Source of the DNA: an uncultured Pelagibacteraceae bacterium
GTDB taxonomy: Bacteria; Pseudomonadota; Alphaproteobacteria; Pelagibacterales; Pelagibacteraceae
DNA: 64,000 bases
Direction: 5' to 3'
Assembly (NCBI GenBank): GCA_902535505.1
Contig: CACATS010000002.1
Coordinates: forward strand, 4,049-68,048
Shown here: in pieces, positions 60,444 through 64,000 of the stretch
How the letters are laid out: the number at the start of each line of letters is the position of its first letter
How positions within the stretch are numbered: position 1 is the stretch's first letter
Program-made: the position numbers and the translations under genes
Notes under the pieces: model-generated
What the model saw: only the letters and a program-made list of their open reading frames with translations
Database searches by the model: none
What the model was told of the DNA's origin: nothing

Positions 60444-62807
60444 ATGCTTAAATTTATCAATTTTTATATAAAATCTATTATAATTTTTTTTATAGTAGCG
60501 ATGTTTTTTTTATTGTCTACTTTATGGTATTTTTCTATAGGTTTACCTGATTATAAAAAGCTATCAAACTATCAACCTCCTATATCTAGCAGAGTCTACT
60601 CTGAGGATGGAAAATTAATTGCAGAGTATGCTTTAGAAAAAAGATTATTTGTTCCGTTTGATTCTATACCTGAAACAGTAATTAATGCATTTCTATCCGC
60701 GGAGGATAAAAATTTCTTTAATCACCCCGGAATAGATGCAAAAGGAATTTTAAGAGCGGTAATTAAAAATATCAAAAATATATCGCAAAATAAAAGATTA
60801 GAAGGAGCTTCCACAATTACTCAGCAAGTAGCTAAAAATTTTCTATTGACTAATGAAGTTTCAATTAAAAGAAAAATCAAAGAAGCTATTTTAGCTTTTA
60901 GAATTGAGAGAGCTTATTCAAAAGAGAGAATTTTAGAGCTTTACTTAAATCAAATTTACCTTGGACAAGGAACATATGGAATTGCTGCCGCAAGTTTAGA
61001 ATATTTTGACAAACCAATAAAAGAATTGAATTATGCTGATGCTGCTTTACTCGCAGCACTGCCTAAAGCACCAAGTAAATATAATCCATATAGATTCCCA
61101 GAAATAAGTAAATTTAGAAGAAATTTAGTATTGAAAAACTTAGAAGAAAATAATTTTATTTCTAAAGAAGAGCTCAAAGAATTTAAGCTCTCAAAATTAA
61201 ACCTAAAAAAAAGAAAAATAGAAATTGTAAATGAGGCTAATTCTTATACAGAGGAGGTCAGAAGGTCAGTTAAAGAAAATTATGGTTTTGAAAAATTATA
61301 TTCACAAGGACTTAGTATTAGAACACCACTAAATATAAATTATCAAATTCAAGCACTAAAATCTCTGAGAAAAGGAATAGAAGATTACGACAAACGTCAT
61401 GGATGGAGAGGCCCTATTTCAAATACACAAAAAAATAAAAATTGGAGAGATAAACTAGATACATTTAAATTAGACCCAACTTTGAATTGGAAGTTTGCAG
61501 AAATTCAAAATTTAGATAATTCAGGAATAAATTTTAAAATAATCAATGATCAGAGCAAAAAAAATACTTATGGTTCATTAAGTAATAAAAAAGTTAAATG
61601 GGCACTCTCGAAGAAAAAAACTTTGAAAGAAGTTTTCAAAGTTGGAGATATTATATTTGTTAAAAAAGATAAACATTCTTGGGGACTAAAGCAGTATCCA
61701 AAAGTCGATGGAGGAATAGTAGCTTTAGATCCATACACTGGAGATGTAAAAGCATTAGTGGGTGGGTTTAACTTTAGATCAAGTGAATTTAATAGAGTAA
61801 CACAAGCAAAAAGACAACCAGGTTCAGCATTTAAACCAATTGTGTATGCCGCTGCTTTAGAAAATGGATTTTCACCAAACTCTATTATTTTAGATGCACC
61901 ATTTGTTGAAAGTCAAGGCGTAGGATTAAAAAATTGGAAACCAGAAAATTATGGAAAAAAATTTTATGGTCCAACCACTTTAAGAAAAGGCATAGAATAT
62001 TCTAGAAATTTGATGACTGTGAGAATAGCAAAAATTTTAGGATTGAATAAGATTTTAGAATTATCAGAAAAATTAGATATTTATGATGATATACCAGAAC
62101 TTCTATCAGTCTCACTAGGAGCAGCAGAAACTACATTATTAAATTTAACTTCAGCCTACGCCCCGTTTGTCAATGGTGGAAAAAAAATTAATCCTACACT
62201 AATCTCAAGAATTCAAGATAGACGGGGAAAAACAATATTTAGTTTAAAAAATAGAAAATGTAATGGTTGTGACAAATTTATAAATGAGAATGAAAAACTA
62301 CCGAGTATAGAAAACACCAACATAAGAGTTTTTAGTGAAGAAACAGCTTATCAAATGGTGTCTATATTAAATGGAACGGTACAAAGAGGGACAGCGAAAA
62401 AATTGAAATCACTCAACGTTCCTTTAGCAGGTAAAACTGGAACAACAAATAAGAATTTTGACGCCTGGTTTATAGGATTTTCATCAAATTTAGTGATCGG
62501 AGTTTATATTGGCTTCGATAATCCACAAACTTTAGGAAAATTTGAAACGGGATCAAAAGCAGCTTTACCAGTTTTTAAAAATTTTATTGAAAGCGCTCTC
62601 TTTAAAAATGACTTTAAAGAGTTTAAAGTCCCAGAAAACATATATTTGACCTCACTTAATTATGACACAGGTTTAAAAGCATCATTAGGGGATAAAAAAA
62701 CTATTGTCGAAGCTCTTAAGGTTAAAGATATTAACAATATAAATAATAATAATTTAATATCGATTAATAGCCGTGATACTCTAATTAAATATAGACAGTT
62801 TTACTAA
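60444..62807 (+). CDS. mrcA: penicillin-binding protein 1A
   Basis: EDKNFFNHPG and GASTITQQ (transglycosylase); SAFK, SRN and KTGT (transpeptidase). Confidence 0.94.
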   Translation: MLKFINFYIKSIIIFFIVAMFFLLSTLWYFSIGLPDYKKLSNYQPPISSRVYSEDGKLIAEYALEKRLFVPFDSIPETVINAFLSAEDKNFFNHPGIDAKGILRAVIKNIKNISQNKRLEGASTITQQVAKNFLLTNEVSIKRKIKEAILAFRIERAYSKERILELYLNQIYLGQGTYGIAAASLEYFDKPIKELNYADAALLAALPKAPSKYNPYRFPEISKFRRNLVLKNLEENNFISKEELKEFKLSKLNLKKRKIEIVNEANSYTEEVRRSVKENYGFEKLYSQGLSIRTPLNINYQIQALKSLRKGIEDYDKRHGWRGPISNTQKNKNWRDKLDTFKLDPTLNWKFAEIQNLDNSGINFKIINDQSKKNTYGSLSNKKVKWALSKKKTLKEVFKVGDIIFVKKDKHSWGLKQYPKVDGGIVALDPYTGDVKALVGGFNFRSSEFNRVTQAKRQPGSAFKPIVYAAALENGFSPNSIILDAPFVESQGVGLKNWKPENYGKKFYGPTTLRKGIEYSRNLMTVRIAKILGLNKILELSEKLDIYDDIPELLSVSLGAAETTLLNLTSAYAPFVNGGKKINPTLISRIQDRRGKTIFSLKNRKCNGCDKFINENEKLPSIENTNIRVFSEETAYQMVSILNGTVQRGTAKKLKSLNVPLAGKTGTTNKNFDAWFIGFSSNLVIGVYIGFDNPQTLGKFETGSKAALPVFKNFIESALFKNDFKEFKVPENIYLTSLNYDTGLKASLGDKKTIVEALKVKDINNINNNNLISINSRDTLIKYRQFY

Positions 62808-63896
62808 TGCAAAATTTTGAAAATAAACTAACTAGTTTAGAAAAAAATCTCAAAAATATAAGGGGGTATCTTTGATAAAAATAAGGTTGAGAACAAAATT
62901 AAAGAACTTGAGATATTATCCCAAAAAGAAAATTTTTGGAAAGATCAAAAACTAGTCAAAAAAACAGTAAAGCAAAAAAAAAATTTTGAAGAAATCCTTA
63001 ATACATACAAAAAGTCACTTAATGATATCTCCGATTTAAGGGAATTGTTCAATATTGCCAACAATGAAAAAGATGATGAAACTTTAAACGATTGCAATAA
63101 TAAGGTAGATGAAATTCAAAACACTTTGCGAAATTGTGAAAAAATTTGTTTTCTATCAGGAGAAAATGATGATTTAAATATTTATTTAGAAATACACGCA
63201 GGAGCCGGAGGAACAGAAAGTCAAGACTGGGCAGATATGTTAAGAAGGATGTACATAAAATGGCTTGATAAAAAAAATTACAAATACGAAATTATTAGCG
63301 AGCATAAAGGAGATGAAGCTGGAATAAAGTCCTCAATTTTAAGAGCAGATGGAGATTACTTATATGGACTAATGAGAGCAGAATCAGGTGTTCACAGATT
63401 AGTAAGGATATCTCCTTTTGATAGTGGCGCGAGAAGACATACAAGTTTTGCTAGTGTTTGGGTTTATCCGGTCGTTGATGATGATATAGACATCAAAATT
63501 GACGAAAAAGACTTAAGAGTTGATACTTACAGATCTAGTGGTGCCGGTGGTCAACATGTCAACACAACAGATAGCGCAGTTAGAATTACTCATCTTCCGA
63601 CTAAAATAGTTGTACAATGTCAAAATGAAAGGTCACAACACAAAAATAAAGAGACTTGCTATAAAATGCTTAAAGCAAGGTTGTACGAACATGAGATTCA
63701 AAAAAGGGATGAACAAAATCAAAAAAACTTAGATTCTAAAACTGATATAGGTTGGGGCCATCAAATAAGATCTTATGTTTTACAACCTTATCAATTAGTA
63801 AAAGATTTACGTAATAAAATTGAAAGCACAAATCCCTCAAGCGTTCTAGATGGAAATATTGATGAATTTATTGAGGAGGGGATAAAAAATAAATAA
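62807..63896 (+). CDS. prfB: peptide chain release factor 2 (programmed +1 frameshift)
   Basis: ATG 62807 opens 22 codons ending AGGGGG-TAT-CTT-TGA; the +1 frame continues DKNKVENKIKELE into the track ORF carrying SPF and GGQ. Confidence 0.96.
62861..62876 (+). other. prfB +1 frameshift site
   Basis: Internal SD AGGGGG, 3-nt spacer, then CTT-TGA-T. Confidence 0.93.
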
Positions 63897-64000
63897 TGAG
63901 GAATATACTTAATATTTTAATAATATCAATTTTAAGTATTGTAGTTTTATTATTGGCAATTTTATCAACAACTGGAATAGAAACAAAAAGATTTAATAAC
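63896..64000 (+). CDS. membrane-anchored protein, N-terminal fragment (partial)
   Basis: The ATG overlaps the prfB stop; MRNILNILIISILSIVVLLLAILSTTGIETKRFNN stays open to the window end. Confidence 0.6.
   Translation, partial: MRNILNILIISILSIVVLLLAILSTTGIETKRFNN

Noticed and set aside
62870-62876. prfB as a pseudogene or sequencing error
   Set aside because: Matches the well-known programmed +1 frameshift
1-64000. CRISPR arrays, IS elements, phage or defence genes, phase-variable tracts
   Set aside because: No repeat-spacer periodicity or relevant ORFs seen; the poly-A/T runs fit the AT-rich, Lys-rich background and do not break reading frames

Overview
Very AT-rich, densely packed alphaproteobacterial chromosome segment. 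Gene order, short intergenic spaces and a SAR11-type proteorhodopsin point to Pelagibacterales (inference, no search run). It is mostly core genome: nadC/nadA, tRNA-Leu(GAG), ygfZ, pyrC, prpE, proteorhodopsin-fdx-FNR-GST, dksA, two glycosyltransferases, tolC, recA, alaS, icd, psd/pssA, guaB/guaA, panB, purF, dnaB, rpsF-rpsR-rplI, fabD-fabG-acpP-gmk, lptF-lptG-lptD-surA-pdxA-rsmA, pepA, ndk, purM/purN, hda, aspS, accB/accC, aroQ, thiS/thiG, rne, mrcA and a frameshifted prfB. I found no CRISPR array, prophage, integrase, transposase or defence system, and no clear multi-gene novel system. The best leads are: (1) a stand-alone class II ribonucleotide reductase C-terminal domain fused to an unrecognised N-terminus; (2) a cysteine-free RNase E lacking the Zn-link; (3) two small membrane-protein ORFs missing from the ORF track, one between proteorhodopsin and ferredoxin; (4) a structured proteorhodopsin leader; (5) an intergenic element with three clustered GANTC sites, a hairpin and a DnaA-like box; (6) an aldehyde dehydrogenase-DUF779 cassette between recA and alaS.
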